Below, piece after piece: positions 15,181 to 28,290 of a stretch of 64,000 nucleotides of DNA. Positions within the stretch are counted from its first letter, which is position 1, and each line of letters starts with the position of its first letter. Source of the DNA: the human T2T-CHM13v2.0 reference genome, Homo sapiens; NCBI RefSeq assembly GCF_009914755.1, contig NC_060936.1; one strand, written 5' to 3'. Below the pieces are notes generated by a model that did no database searches, was not told the origin of the DNA, and saw nothing but the letters and a program-made list of their open reading frames with translations. The translations under genes and the position numbers were made by a program.

Positions 15181-15729
15181 GCCCTCCCTGTCCTTGGAGT
15201 GGGATTTGGTGCATGGGTCTGGCGCAGCCCTGGCTCTCCCGTTCCTCAGACACAGGAAGCGCAGCTCCAGCCACTCTCAGTGGGCACCTGCAGGTGTACG
15301 TTCCCTGCCTCCAGAGGCTGCTCACTCCATTTGGGGAAGTTTTAGCCATAGGAAGTTTTCTTGCTGGGCCTGGATCTGTTTTTCAGAGCCACACAGAAAG
15401 ATTTTCCTTTCCCTACTTGGGGTCTGGCCTTCTCACAGGAGGACAGCTGTCCCACCTGTCCAGTCTTGTCACCTCTGTCTACATACTCTCTATTCCTTCT
15501 CAGGCTTTTCAGGTGCCTTTGCTGATCACAGGTGTGGGGAGGAAAGCCACCCAGGAATGGGGACAGAGAACTTGAGACTTTGCTGGCTAGGTCAAGCCGA
15601 TTTTTTCCCTCCAGGGCCACCTGTCGTCTCATTCCTTTCTGTCTCTTTTGGTAGCTTCAGCTTGAAGCTACCAAAGCTTGAATTCTCAAGCTTCCAGGAT
15701 TATGTAAATTAGTAAGGTTACAAGCATGT

Positions 15730-16300
15730 AAAATTATTAAGTGGTATTTGATAAATACAAAAGAATACATGTAAGTTACAAAGTTGTAAGAAACACTGTG
15801 GAATCCACCACCTAGCTGAATGTGGATTGTCACAACACATCACCTCTAGCCCTGCTCCGTCCCTGTCCCATCCCCTGGCGGAGGGCACCCTTCTCCTGAG
15901 GGCATTTTTATCAGCCTTTTGCCTTTTTATGTAATGTTGCCCCTCAGATGTTTCCCTAAACGATGCATTCTATAGTTGCATGTGCTTCTGAGCTGTGTAA
16001 AATGGTATTGTGCTACATGTAGCTTTCTGTAGCTTGCATTGCTTCTACTAAATATTGTGTTTCTAAGATTCATCCATGTAATGTTTGTACTTGTAGTTCA
16101 TTCATTTTCCCTGCTTTTTAATATTTCATTGTGTGTTCATTGTTACCAGTTTTTTGCTGTCACGAGCAAAGCTGCTGTGAGCATCTTTGACTGTGTACAT
16201 TTCTTTCATGCACATGAATAATAGTTCCTCTATGGCATACACTGGTGAAATCCTGCATCACGGGGCAAGGAGTTTTCCTCTTTTGAGAAATGCATCAGAT
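15730..16300 (-). mobile_element. Old L1M (L1ME/MC) 3' region
   Basis: AT-rich; tttctaagattcatccatgt...tgtagttcattcatttt...ttaccagttttttgctgt...aaagctgctgtgagcat. Confidence 0.75.
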
Positions 16301-17355
16301 CTCAAAGAAAAGAGCAGTCCTGTTGGCAGGGGTTGTGGGCTATAGAGGTGTGTCTGTCCTAGCCTGAGTAGCAGCCAGGTCTCTGCAGGGAATATTTCCC
16401 AAGCTGAGTAGCAAGAGCCAGGTTCCTTCCAGCACTCCCATCTGGGAGCCCCCACAGGCTGCAGAGAATAGCAGAGTTACTTTACACAGAGCGGGGATGA
16501 ATGGAGCTTGTGTAAACGTGGGTGTGTAGGGCTGAGACGTCCTCGAAGATCTAATTTACTGCCCTGCTTTCCCATCCTGGAACCTCTGCCAAGTGCCTAT
16601 AAAAAAGATGAAATATTTAGCCAAGATCGGGGAAGGAAGAATCAAGGCAGACTTTCACATTGGCCATGCTGTTGAGAAGGTGGTTTGGGCAGTTTTCTTC
16701 TACACCATCCCAGATTTAAATCCTGGCCATCCTTTGATTGTCTAGTTGAAATTCCATGGTCTGAATGAAATCTTTTTGTCCTCACATGCAGGCGTCTTAC
16801 CTTCCTCTGAATTTCTCAGGTGCACTTAACAGCTATGTTGTAGTTGAGACTATGGCCTTGAGGGCAGGGCCTTTGTTTCTTACTCTTTCATGACCCCCTC
16901 CCTCTGCTCCGGCCACCCTGCAGCACTGACATAGTAGTAGGTACTCATTAAATGCAAGCATTGATTGACCTGCCTGCAAACTGGGTGACAGGCTACTTTA
17001 TCATCTTTCCCGTTCCTTACCTCCAAAAGTAACATCCCAAGAGCTGTATTTCTGGGAGGCTGAGACACCTGTTTTGAAAAAGGCTTTCAGGTGCACTGTG
17101 CAGTGAGGGGCACATTCTAGGCCAGGCCTGCAGTCAGAGTGGAAGCGTGGAGTGGTCTGTGCTGCTCTCAGCACTCATTCCAGGATCAGCTGCTGATGGC
17201 AGGGCTTGGAGAAGGGCTGAATCCTAGCAACTCTACAGGAAAGAAGAAAAATATCATCTCAGTATCCCAGGTTTTCTCAGGCAGCAGAAGGCAGTAGTAA
17301 ACAACCCAGAGGGTCCTGAGTTGTCGCTGTTTAGGAAAAAAATATAGGTAAGTGA

Positions 17356-17658
17356 GGCCGGGCGTGGTGGCTTACGCCTGTCATCCCAGCACTTTGGGAG
17401 GCCAAGGTGGGTGGATTACGAGGTCAGGAGATCGAGACCATCCTGGCTAACACGGTGAAACCCCATCTCTACTAAAAAAATACAAAAAAAAAAATTAGCC
17501 GGGCGTGGTGGTGGGCGCCTGTAGTCCCAGCTACTCGGGAGGCTGAGGCAGGAGAATGACGTGAGCCCCGGAGATGGAGCTTGCAGTGAGCGGAGCTTGC
17601 AGTGAGCAGAGCTTGCGCCACTGCACTCCAGCCTGTGCGACAGAGCGAGACTCCGTCT

Positions 17659-17690
<32 letters not shown>
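17356..17690 (+). mobile_element. AluY with an internal 16-bp duplication
   Basis: Y diagnostics gagatcgagaccatcctggctaacacggtg and ggagcttgcagtgagc (x2); A31 tail. Confidence 0.95.

Positions 17691-17739
<49 letters not shown>
17691..17739. repeat. Pure (TA)24 microsatellite
   Basis: Directly visible after the AluY tail. Confidence 0.97.
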
Positions 17740-17742
<3 letters not shown>

Positions 17743-18589
17743 AGTGAATGAAGGAATGAGTGGAGTGAAGCGGCAATGAGTGAACGAGAGCACAGACCAA
17801 CAGCGTGCTGTAGTGGCAAGAAGCCTGGCCGGAAGCCTGGAGCCATGGGGTTCGCACGCTAGCATTTTCCTTACTTTTTGGGTGACATTGGAAAAACTGC
17901 CCAATGTCTTCTCAGCTTCCTTATCTGTAAAATGGGGCAAAAGTACATATGCCCCAGGGTGGTTGAGAAGATCAGAGGAGATCATGTTTGTGAAAGTTCC
18001 CACTTCCCTTGAGTCCTTGTCTAATGTCACCAGGGGCTACATGGATCAACAAGACTGTGTGTGACGAATGCGTGTGTGATTCCCTCACTGAGTAGGTTTG
18101 AATTTGGAAGGTGTCGACTGCATCCTGTCTCCCACCCTCTGATGATGGCTGGTTATTTCAGATGGGGAAGGCGGTGCCTCTGTGAACTGGGCTTGTCCTG
18201 CAGCCAGTTTGGTGCTTTCCCTGTGAGCTGGACTGTGTGAGGGCTGAGGGCTGACTCCAGCCAGTGGCACCTTCCCAGTTTGCCTGTGTGGGGGGACAGC
18301 AGGTGCCAATATGATTAGCTCTGGGGGCTTTGGCCTAGCTTGCCTGCAACAGCACTTAATTTGGGGGAGTCCAGCCAATCTTCTCAAATGAGGACTTGCT
18401 GAAGCCATGGCTCATGTTCCAGGATTCCCCTGGACCTGCTGCCGCTGGGGCGGCATGAGGGATCCTGATTCAGGGTTCCACAGCTCTGTCCCTGTGACTT
18501 GAGGCTGCAAACTTCCCCAGGGCTAGGGGCAGGCTCTGCTGTTGTTTCTGTTCCTTTAGCGTCCTCTGCAAGCCTGTGGTGTTTGGAGA

Positions 18590-18950
18590 AGAACAGTGCA
18601 CCTGAAGTCAGAAGGCCTTGGTTTGAACCCCCTGCTCTGCCTCCTGAGCAGCAGCTCTGTGACTCTGAGCCAGTTGCTTAATGTCTCTGAGCGTCATCTT
18701 CCTCACTGGTGGAGAGAAGACAATAATCTCTACCTTGAGGGAATGGTGCAATAATTTAATGTTAATTACCATTTATCTAGTACTTTCTGGGAGTGACAAA
18801 CACTTGGTAAACACTTTACAGGCATGATTTCCACAGCAAACCTGAGAGGAAGGTGTTATGCCCTTTTACAGATGAGGCAGCTGGAGCTCAGAGAGGTTAG
18901 GTAACTTGCCCTGGGCTGCACAGCTGGTAGGTTGCAGAGCCTGTTCACTT
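18590..18950. mobile_element. Two MIR elements in opposite (tail-to-tail) orientation
   Basis: + copy: tgtgactctgagccagttgcttaatgtctctgagc; - copy: ttttacagatgaggcagctggagctcagagaggttaggtaacttgccc. Many other MIR fragments seen (e.g. ~370-430, 20620-20720, 22880-23060, 25790-25930, 32200-32320, 35850-35970, 43830-43950, 47220-47400, 48710-48870, 60620-60740). Confidence 0.75.
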
Positions 18951-21596
18951 CAGCTGCCTGCCTCTGAGGCCCGTGCCCTTCGCTGCCACCAGGATGCTTC
19001 CTCCAGTAGATAAGATGATATGTAAAGAACGCCCGGCATGCTGTTGGCCGGATCTGAGTCTCACCCAGCCCGTGGAATTTGCTGAGAGACTGCGGCTTTC
19101 TGGGGACTGGAAAAAATGGAGGCGGGGGTAGAGAAGAGACGAGTAAGCCTGGGTCTGTGCTTCCCAGCCTTTGTAGGGGAATCATCTGAGAGTCCAGGCG
19201 GTGGGGTATTTTTGGTAGCAGGCTCATGACTCTTCTCCAGGTTCAGCAGGAGGGAGAGGGTGGGTAGTGACGTACAGGGATATAGCTCATTCTGCAAGTT
19301 CATGAAAAGCTCTGCAGGCTCAGATCCTGTCATCACTGGGCACCCTCTGGGTTCCTAGTACTGTAGGGCACATTTGAGCAATGTCATACAGATGTGGCCC
19401 TGCCCTTAGGGAGCACCTGGTTGTCAGATAGAAACGAGCACACATGTGAAATGACTGCGAGCAGCAGCCAAGGCAGTGAGCAGTGCGGTGTGAGGATTTG
19501 TGGGAGGGGCCATTGCTTTGAATGACTCATCAGGGAGGGCCTCCTGGAGTAGGTGGGGCGGCAGCTGAAGCATGGGTAGAATGTGTCCAGGAGAGAGGAG
19601 GGGCTGTGAGATACATCAAAAGAGAAGGCTCATCCCAAATTTGGGCCACGGGGTCATTGTATTATCCTGATCGATGTCATCCCCTTTGTCACATTTTTAA
19701 AGTCTCCTGTGTCAGCGGCTCTATAGGAAGCCCATCACACAGATATTCCTGGGCTTGCCTCCTGATGGGCTTGCCTCCTGATGACTTACGATCAAAGACA
19801 GGCTGGTGCCCACCTACGTGAAGTGTGACCTGCAAAGCATTCTGTGAGGCCGTTCTGGTCCCTGTATTTCCCACCTATTCTCCTTATACCAGGGCTACCT
19901 CTTGGCCACAGAACAGAGTGTCCCTCTGGCCGGGAGAGACCTCAAGTTGGCTTTGCCAAATTCCTTCCCTCCTCCCTCACCAAGGACACTCCAGTGGACA
20001 GCCAGAGCCTCTGCAGCCCTGTCCCACCCGAGGCAGGCTGCCGTGGAAGGGGCAGTGCTCTTAGCCCACTCTTCTTTCTCTGAGCTTGGCCTGCCCTCCC
20101 GGTTGGGCTGGAATCGAAAACCTGATTGATCTCTCCAGAACAAATGGCAGTTTTATGATGTAGGGTTTCAGCTTTCTGCAAGTCTCCCCCTCCCCAGGCA
20201 CAGAGAGGGCAGGGTCAGCTTGCCCCCTTCCCTTCCGAAGCCAGAGGTGGGCATTAGCTCCCTCCAGCTGTCCCTGAGTCCACACAGCCAGCTGCTGCCT
20301 GCTGCGAAAGGGCATTGCCACCACCATCTGCAGCTCATTTCCCTGGTGTGAATTTTGCAAACAACCTTCTTAATCATGTTTATGAACTCAGCATACATTT
20401 GCTGCAGGTTGAGTTTCCCGTGATGATGGAAAGCTTGGTTATAAAGCCAGCAGGTTGGGTTTCAAAATCCAGCCTCATTGTGGATCCTTCTCTACCTTCC
20501 TCTCGTCTTCCTTCCCTCCTCTTCCCTCCCCAGTCATCCTCAAGAGAAGGACGAGACTATTCCCTCATTTTCCTATGCTGTTTACAAAGCCCTTCTCTCT
20601 CTCTGGTAGAGAAGATGCATTATCCCCATTCTACAGGTAACAGTACCGAGGGTCAGAGACACCACGTGATCTGCCCAAGGCTCATGGTTAACAGCCACCG
20701 AGCTGAGCCTTGAACCCTGCTTCTGCATCTGTGTCCTCTGCTGTTCCCACTCTGCTGAGCAACTTTGACCTGGCTGGCATGACAGGCGCCCTCCCTGTGC
20801 ATCTCTCAAAGTCTTCTCCTGCCCCACCCTGGGGACATGTGTCCTGAGCACAGTCCGCAGCTGCCAGGGGCCAGCTTTGTGCTGAATTGTGGTTTGTGGC
20901 TTTTATTTCTTCCCACGATGCCCTTCGTGAATGTCATTGAGTTTATTAGGTCCGGCTCCTTCTCCTTTGCTAGCTAGGAATACCAAACCCTACGTGGTCC
21001 TGTTACCCAGAAAACATCGCCGACCCTTCCATGCCTCACGGGAACGGCCCTGGCTGAGAGTTGGGGCTTGTTGGGTTTAGATTCCAAAGCCAGCTATCCT
21101 TTATTCCCTGTTCGAGGAGAAAGACTCATGCCTTCATTTCTCCACTCAAAAAACGGGGTAAAGATTCTCTCTTTAAACCCTGGTCCCTACTGGGGCAGCA
21201 GGAAGGTGCACTGGGAAAGTCAGCAGAGGCCATCTGACAGCAGCAGCAGATGCACCGTTTAGTGCTTGGCGTCTGTTGAACTGGGCCTCTCACCCATGGG
21301 CATGCAGCATACGTAGGTGGGTGGTGGGGCCGCCCTTTGTGTGTGTAACACCTTCATTCCCAAGCTGTTTCCTTGCTTCATGTTCTCTCTGGTTTCCCTG
21401 AGAACATGCAGGCCCTCCCAAAGGAGGGTCGGGTGGCCGCCATCTCAGCCCAGAGAGGGGTAGGTGAGTTCCCACTGGCACCCAGCATGGCGTTAGACCT
21501 GAGGGTGCCCTGATTCATCCCCTGATCATGCCTTCTGTTTTCCAGGCCTGACTTCATCATCCTGGGAGGAAGAGAGCAAGTGCACATTCCTCCCTT

Positions 21597-21696
21597 GTGA
21601 AAAAGAGGGAGAGAGGCAAGGCGTAGAGGGGTGCCTGGTGGGTAGTGAAAAAGAGGGAGAGAGGCAAGGCGTAGAGGGGTGCCTGGTGGGTAGTGA
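21597..21696. repeat. Perfect 48-bp tandem duplication with GTGA microhomology
   Basis: gtgaaaaagagggagagaggcaaggcgtagaggggtgcctggtgggta x2, then gtga. Confidence 0.97.
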
Positions 21697-22492
21697 GTGG
21701 TGGGGCTCTGTTCTCTGTTGTCACGTTCTTGCTGGGAACGCTGGGCAGGAGCCTGCTTGGCTGGGACTTGGCCCCTCTCTGAGCCAGGCCTGCCCGTGAA
21801 TGCTGCCTCCCTGACTCAAGCCTGTCATCTGAAAAGCACACGCTGGCACACCCACACCTACACAGAGGGCAGCACCTTCTTTCCCCTCTTGGTCTTAACT
21901 TTTACCCTCATTAACATGATCATGATGGTGCCTGTATTCCCATTTCCTCAAGACCTCCATGGGCGAGCAGTGTCTGCCAGGCAGCCGCCACCTTCCCCGC
22001 TCCACTGCCCGAGTTGGATCCCAGCAAACGAGGTCAGAGAGAGAGGAGCTCATTTTTTGCCTTTTAGAAGTAGAAAGTCTCTTTGCCGGGTCTGCTGAGC
22101 TTTCATTTGGTCTGAACTGGGTAGAGGTTACTTGCATAGGTCAGCACAGACAGTGGCATTGCTGGGGTGGAAACCCAGGAGTGCTGGTTCCTGGTCTGCC
22201 CTCCTGGACTTATCCTTCTGGGAGGGTCATTGGAGCTTCCGACAGGGTCCTGATGGGGAAGGGTGGAAAAGGGATTCCTTGATGGGGAATAAGGAAGGAG
22301 CTGAGTGCAGGGGAGGAAAACAGCTGGGGATGTGGAAATTTTGAAAGGGAATAAAGCCAAAAAAACACTGACTATATAGGGGGGGGACGAGGGAGGGCAT
22401 TGCCACGACCAGAGGTGCAGAGGAGAGGCCTGACAAAGAAGGGCCAGGTGTAACGAATGACCTTATTTAGTCCTCCTGTCCCTATTACTCCC

Positions 22493-22690
22493 TTTTTTTT
22501 TTCCTTTTAGCTTTTTATTGTGGAAAATCTTAAACATTCACAAAAATAAAGCACATAATGTAGAGAACCCTTGCGTAACCCTCACCCGGCCTCCACAACC
22601 TTCCATTCCTTTATTTCCTCTACTTTCACCCCCTGTTTTCCTCCTCGAGTATTTTAAAGCAGGTCCCAGACATCCTGTCATTTTACCCAC
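22493..22690 (-). mobile_element. Old L1M 3'-end fragment
   Basis: T-run, tttttattgtggaaaatcttaaacat...ttttaaagcaggtcccagacatc...tcattttaccc. Confidence 0.65.
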
Positions 22691-23339
22691 AGCTACTTTT
22701 CCAGCTCCTTGAGGGGTGCGTTTGGAGTCCAGAGGCCCCGCTGCAGGCTACGGGGAGAGAGAGAGTTGTGTGGACGAGGTGGGAGAGTGTGAGGCCAGGT
22801 GGGGGAGCAGCCCGGGAGCATCGTGGATGGTCCTTGAGGCGTGCTCAGCCAAGGGGGCCAGCAGTCACTCTCGCTGATTGAGTGCTTGCTACGGGTGGGA
22901 CATTGCACTGGGTACTTCACACACTTCAGGTACTCATTCCTCAGCACAGTTAAGAATGGTGGGCTCAGAAGGGTCTGGTGACGTGCTCGAGCTCACACAG
23001 CTGGGCAGTGAGGAGGCCAGGATCTGAATCCGGGTCTCAGGACTCCAAAGTCCTGGTCTTGTCTGTCGCTATACTACCTCTGGGGGTGTTAAGACACAAC
23101 TGGCACTTGAGGGAGTAGGTGTTTAAACCCAGGGCTGTCTGGCTTCAAATCTATGATCCTTACACTACACCAGCCTGTCTCTGCTGCACTGTGGTGTTAA
23201 ATACGAGCATAATATGAACTTCTGTGATTTAATGTAGATTTTATATATTACAACAATAGCACTGAGATGGCGTGGACGTTGGAGAGTTGTGGCTTGCTGG
23301 CTGTTGCTGTAATTAGGTCTGTATAAAAAAAATAGTAGC

Positions 23340-24040
23340 GATCAGTAAACATGACAGAATGGGGAATATCACTAGTAATCAAAGAAATCCAAATTATGCC
23401 AACAATAGTATGCTATTTTCTTGCCTTTCACATGTGCATGGATTTTTAAACGGATAATTGCTAATATGATGGAGCTTTCTACTACAGCACTGGTTGGGTG
23501 TAAGGTGTTAAAACCTTTGAGGAAAATCACTTTGCAGAGGGTTCCAAGAGCCTTGAAAACAGGCTCATCCTCTGGCCCGTAACTGCAGCTCTAAGACTCC
23601 ATTCTAAGAAAACAATCAGAAATGCTGTCAAAGATTTTATGTGTTAGGGTGCTCATTAAGGAAGAATTTATAATAAAGGACAATTAAAAGCAATTTAGGT
23701 GTCCCACATTAGGGAGAATGGCTAAGTAAAGTATGATATGTGTGTGGATAAATGAGTTTGGGGAACGATTAAATGATAGGGGGAAAGTGTTCACACTGTG
23801 GCGTGGCATTTATATACTATGTATTATAGATGTCTAATTATATATTATGAACATACATACTGTAAAGTTTGCTCTTTTTGGTGTACAGCTGAGTTTTGAA
23901 AAACACAGTCATACATGTGTCAATATAATTTTAGGTGAGGAAAAATGGTATATGGTATGCTCCTAATTTTTAAAAACATATATGTCTACAAATACAACTT
24001 CATATGACCAGAAGGACATCAGTAAAGAGTGATCAAACTA
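23340..24040 (+). mobile_element. Old L1ME ORF2-end/3'UTR remnant
   Basis: tcactagtaatcaaagaaatccaaatta...ttctaagaaaacaatcaga...tgtcccacattagggagaatggctaagtaaagtatg; AT-rich island. Confidence 0.75.
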
Positions 24041-27000
24041 AGTGGCCCTGGAGAAACAGCCTGCATAATTTTAAACAAGCACTTTCCTTCTGGGCTCGTT
24101 TCTTCCCCGACATTCCGTGAGTGCCCTTATCCCAGTCATGGTCAGCATGGTGGGTGTGGGCTCTGAGCCGTGACAGGCGCTGACCTTGGGTGGAGGTCCC
24201 GGCCTTGCCAGTGTGCCCAGTGGGGCTGGGGAGGCGGCTGGGCACAGCGAGCCTGGGCTCCGGTGTGTGTCACTGGGCTCAGTATAGAATGGAATGCTGC
24301 TCACTGGGGCCGTGTCCTGGCCGAAGATCAGTGGAGGGCAAAGTCCTCTCCCCTGCCCCCTCCCCACCGTCTCTGCCATGCAGCTGCTTCGGAGTTGGGG
24401 CTCCAGCACACAGGGGGCCACTCGCCCTAGAGAAAGAGAAGTCCACTAGTTCTCCCAAAGACCGAGAATTCTTCCTTTTCCTCTGAGTGGGGTCAGCGAA
24501 TCGGGGGAGAGAACATTCTTGCTCCCCGCCCACCCTGCCACCTCTAATGTTCCTGAGGCCAGCATCAGGGGTCTCCCGGTTAGGGCTTCCTTGGACCCCT
24601 GGGGGTGACATTATTCTTAACTTTGTTCCCAGCAGGGAGAAGCCTGTGTGTGTAGTTGGTCCAAGCATCTAGAAGCTGCTCTTTCAAAGTCATGAGCTGG
24701 GTTGGGATGGGGTTGAGCTGCTTCAGGGCAAGGAGGCCCTTGCCAGCAGCCTGGGAGTGGCTCTGCCACCCGCCCTGCTCTAGGCTGGTGTGGGTGTGGC
24801 CCAGGCCCTGGACATGCCTTCTGCCCGATGCCTGGAGCCCTGGGATGCCACCCAGCCAGCCCCACCTCCCACCTCTAGCCAACAGCAAGCACAGCTCCCA
24901 TTCTGTAGATGAAGAGCAATAGCCTGGACATGTGACACGGCCAGTCCAAGCTCCCACAGTGAGTTCTGAACAGAGCCCAGAGTAGAAACTGGGTCCCCTG
25001 GTGGCCAGGTGTTTCTTTCCCCTTTGCCTGCCAGCTCCCCGAGGATGGGGACTGTCCCTGCTATCCTCTGCGGAGCCCAGCTGACAGCTCAGGGCTGCGT
25101 GTGGAGGATGTAATGGACAAGCAAGGGGCTCCAGCGGTCACCGGGCGTGACTCAGGCCTCAGCTGGAGGGGCAGCTGCCACAGTGGGGAGCCCCAGCTCT
25201 GCCCTGAACATATTGTGGAGCCTTGGACGCATTGCCCCCTCTCAGGGCCTAGCCACCTGCTGATCTCCCAAGGACTCATGTCTATTCTGGTTTCTTTCCT
25301 CCCAGGATTTTGAGTTGTGCTGACTGCCAGGCATCGTGTTTCCCTCTGGTGGCTGCACCACACCTCACACGTGTTCCCTGCTGTGCAGAAGTGATGTGTG
25401 GGCCTGTCATAGAGGGACCCTGTGGCAGGGCATCCAGACGGGAGCTCTGTGGGAGAACTGGGTCTCCAGGTCTCCTAACCAGTCTCTGAATCAGCCTGAG
25501 AAAGTTGGGGTGTGGATGGTACATTTGGAGGGATGAAGGAGCAGGGAGGATGCCATCAATGGACCTTAAAATCCAATGTAGAAAACAACCCAATAGAGTC
25601 ATCCCTGCAAGCATCATAGGATGCCTTGGTTTCCCTTGAGCTTTTCTACCGCCTTCCCTGTACCCGAGTTACTGTCCGTGGTTGAGTTCCCCATCTCGTT
25701 GTCTGCTGGACTCACCCATCATCTTTCCACCATCACCATCGCAGCCACTGTATGTGGAGTGTTTCTCATGGGCCGGGCACGGAGCTGGGTGCTTTACCAC
25801 CTCATTGAATTCCTGCTGCAGCCCCAGGAGGCAGGGGCTCCTGTTTTAACTTATGTTTTGCACATAGGGCGGCTCAGAGAAGTTAAGTAATTTGCTCTGG
25901 TTTCACGGCAGTTTGTGGTGCACCAGCTCTGTCTGACTCAAGCCCCTCACTCTTCCCATCAGGCTGCACCGATCCCCTCATCCCCACAGGGCTAAGCCCT
26001 GAGCCCAGGAGATAGGGCTGTTGGCTAAGCAGCTTAGGGCACAGCCAGATCACGGCACAGGAAGCTTCAGTCGTGGGGACCGATGAGGTGGAGAAGCAGC
26101 CAGGCATCGGCCCTCCTGCTGTCACCCTCCCTGGCTTCCTCTTCAGGGAGGGTGACAGCGTAGGGGTTGACACCCGTGGTCTGGTCTTGCCCAGGCTGGC
26201 TGAGGAGGGCCATGTAGGCCCCATTGATTTTCTGTCTCCTCTGATATGGGGTGTCAGGCAGGTGGAGAGCCCAGGCCAGCTGCTCTAGGCAGCAGGGGAG
26301 CGAGAGGTGACTGACCTCAAGGCCGCCACCTCTGAGAAGACTTCTCTTATTGTACTACCCCCTGCAGTCATCCTGGGGTTCTGCTGCCTCCACATGCCCT
26401 TTAGTTCTGCATTCCTGGGAACCAGGGCTTACCCGCAGGGTCTTGGCAGTCAGTCATAAGTTCTCTGGTGCCTGGCACCTGGGCCAAGGCTGCCCTTTCA
26501 GCTTGCCCGTTGGGACTGCTGGGTGTAAGCTTTAGCAGCAGGGCCTGTCTGGGAGCACTTTGTCCCCCACAGTGGACTCCAGGGTGATGGGTGCTTAAGC
26601 GATGCTGTTTTTGACCCCAACAGTCTTCTTGGAGGCAGGGAGATGTCTATGTCTGTGACGCAGCCTTCTTGACCCAGACTCTTGTCCCCTCCCCAAGAGA
26701 CTGCCAGCCACATGGGCCTTGGTCCCAGTAGGTAAGCGGGTCTTGGCTGGCCTTATCCTCCCCCTGCACTTCCCTTCTTTTTCTGGACCTCCAAAGCCCT
26801 TCAGCCACTCCCTCAAGGCCTGTGGACATCTCGGGGTGAGGTGTGTGGAAGCCCCACCTACTCCCGCTCCACCCCAGCCGGAAGGAGGCCATGTCCTTAT
26901 TCTCTGCCAGCCGCAGCCCTGGAGCCAGGTCCCAGCCCTCTGCAGATGGCGTGAGGTGCGCAGATGGGGGCAGAGGCAGCTGGTGACGTGGGCTGGGGCC

Positions 27001-27112
27001 TCTGAAGAATGGCCTGGCGAGGTCTGCTTTAGGAGAACGCACTCTCGAGCCACCTCACGCCCCACCGGACCACGCGCTGCAGGCAGACAGCGAGCGCCAG
27101 TAGCAGCAGGTC

Positions 27113-27126
27113 CCACCAGATGGCGA
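27113..27126 (+). promoter_or_regulatory. Candidate CTCF site (forward)
   Basis: CCACCAGATGGCGA vs consensus CCASYAGRKGGCRS (13/14), within a local CpG cluster. Confidence 0.55.
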
Positions 27127-28290
27127 TCCCCCAGCCACCCCCCTAAAGGGGACCATGTGGTAGATGGTCTCTTTAGTCAGGGTGTGAGACCCGGGTAATG
27201 GGGAGAGGGTTTGTGGGGGCCAGAGCTCAGCAGTAGAGAAGGGAGGGTGTGTGGTTCACTAGGCTTGCCTGCCCCAGCCAGGCTCGGTGGAGTCGGGAGC
27301 CTCGAGGGTTTTCCCTGCTGAGGCTCTTCCTCCCCTGCTCCTCCTGGGGCAGTGGACACAGCCTCATCTCTCAGCATCCAATATTGTGCTGTGGTAGTTT
27401 CAGGGGCCCCCTTCTGCCAACCTCTCTCTCTCACTCTGTGCGTTAGCCTCTTGACTCTGTGGGCATCCCGGTCTTTCCAAGGACTCTGTAGCAGCCCAGC
27501 CTATCTAGGTGCTAAGTGCTCCTGGGAAGAAGAGAGGAAGACAGACCACCACGTCCCCAGGTACGGCCACACTCCTCTCCAGCCCAGGCAGGTGCATTCC
27601 CTCTGCTTCTCTCTGGCAGCGCCTGGTTCTGGAACTCGGCACTGCTCTGACCAGACCATCCAAGCGAGTGAGCAGGTACCTGGACCAAAGCACGTTTCTT
27701 GCACCTGCCAGCCGGTGGAGCAGCCCTGGAAGGTGCCAAGCCCATTTCTGGCTCTCGGGCCTTGGCCAGGGGTGGTGCCCAGGGGGTGCAGGAAGGATGA
27801 CCCTGGAACCACTCCTGGGTCTCCACCCTGACCATGGAAAGGGAAGGCTGACTCTTGCCGAGGGAGAGAAATGGTTTTCAGTGTTCTTTTTCTCAGCCCC
27901 CTTTTGTGTGCTGCAAAGGAGGGAAGCAAGTTGAGTTGGCAGCCCAGGGGAAGGGAGTGAGGCGGGGGCAAAGTTTCCCCTTGATTTGCCATATGACCTC
28001 GGAACATCTCCTTGGGCCTGGGCCACCTGTAAACTGAGGAGGGAGAAGCCTGCCTGCCCCTTGTCCTCTCTGCCTGGCCTCCTTGCAGTATATCGGAAGA
28101 ATCAGAGCCACCAAAACAGTCATAAGAGGGGGTGGTGGAGGCATTTGGCTGCATCTCCCAACCCCCAACACGCTTTGCTCACAGCACCTGGGTGTGGTGG
28201 GCAGACCGGCCCGTGGCACGGAGCCATCGTCAGCATGGATGCTGTATCTTATCTGCATTTTTGGTAACTGGTGGAGGTCTCCAATTCCTT

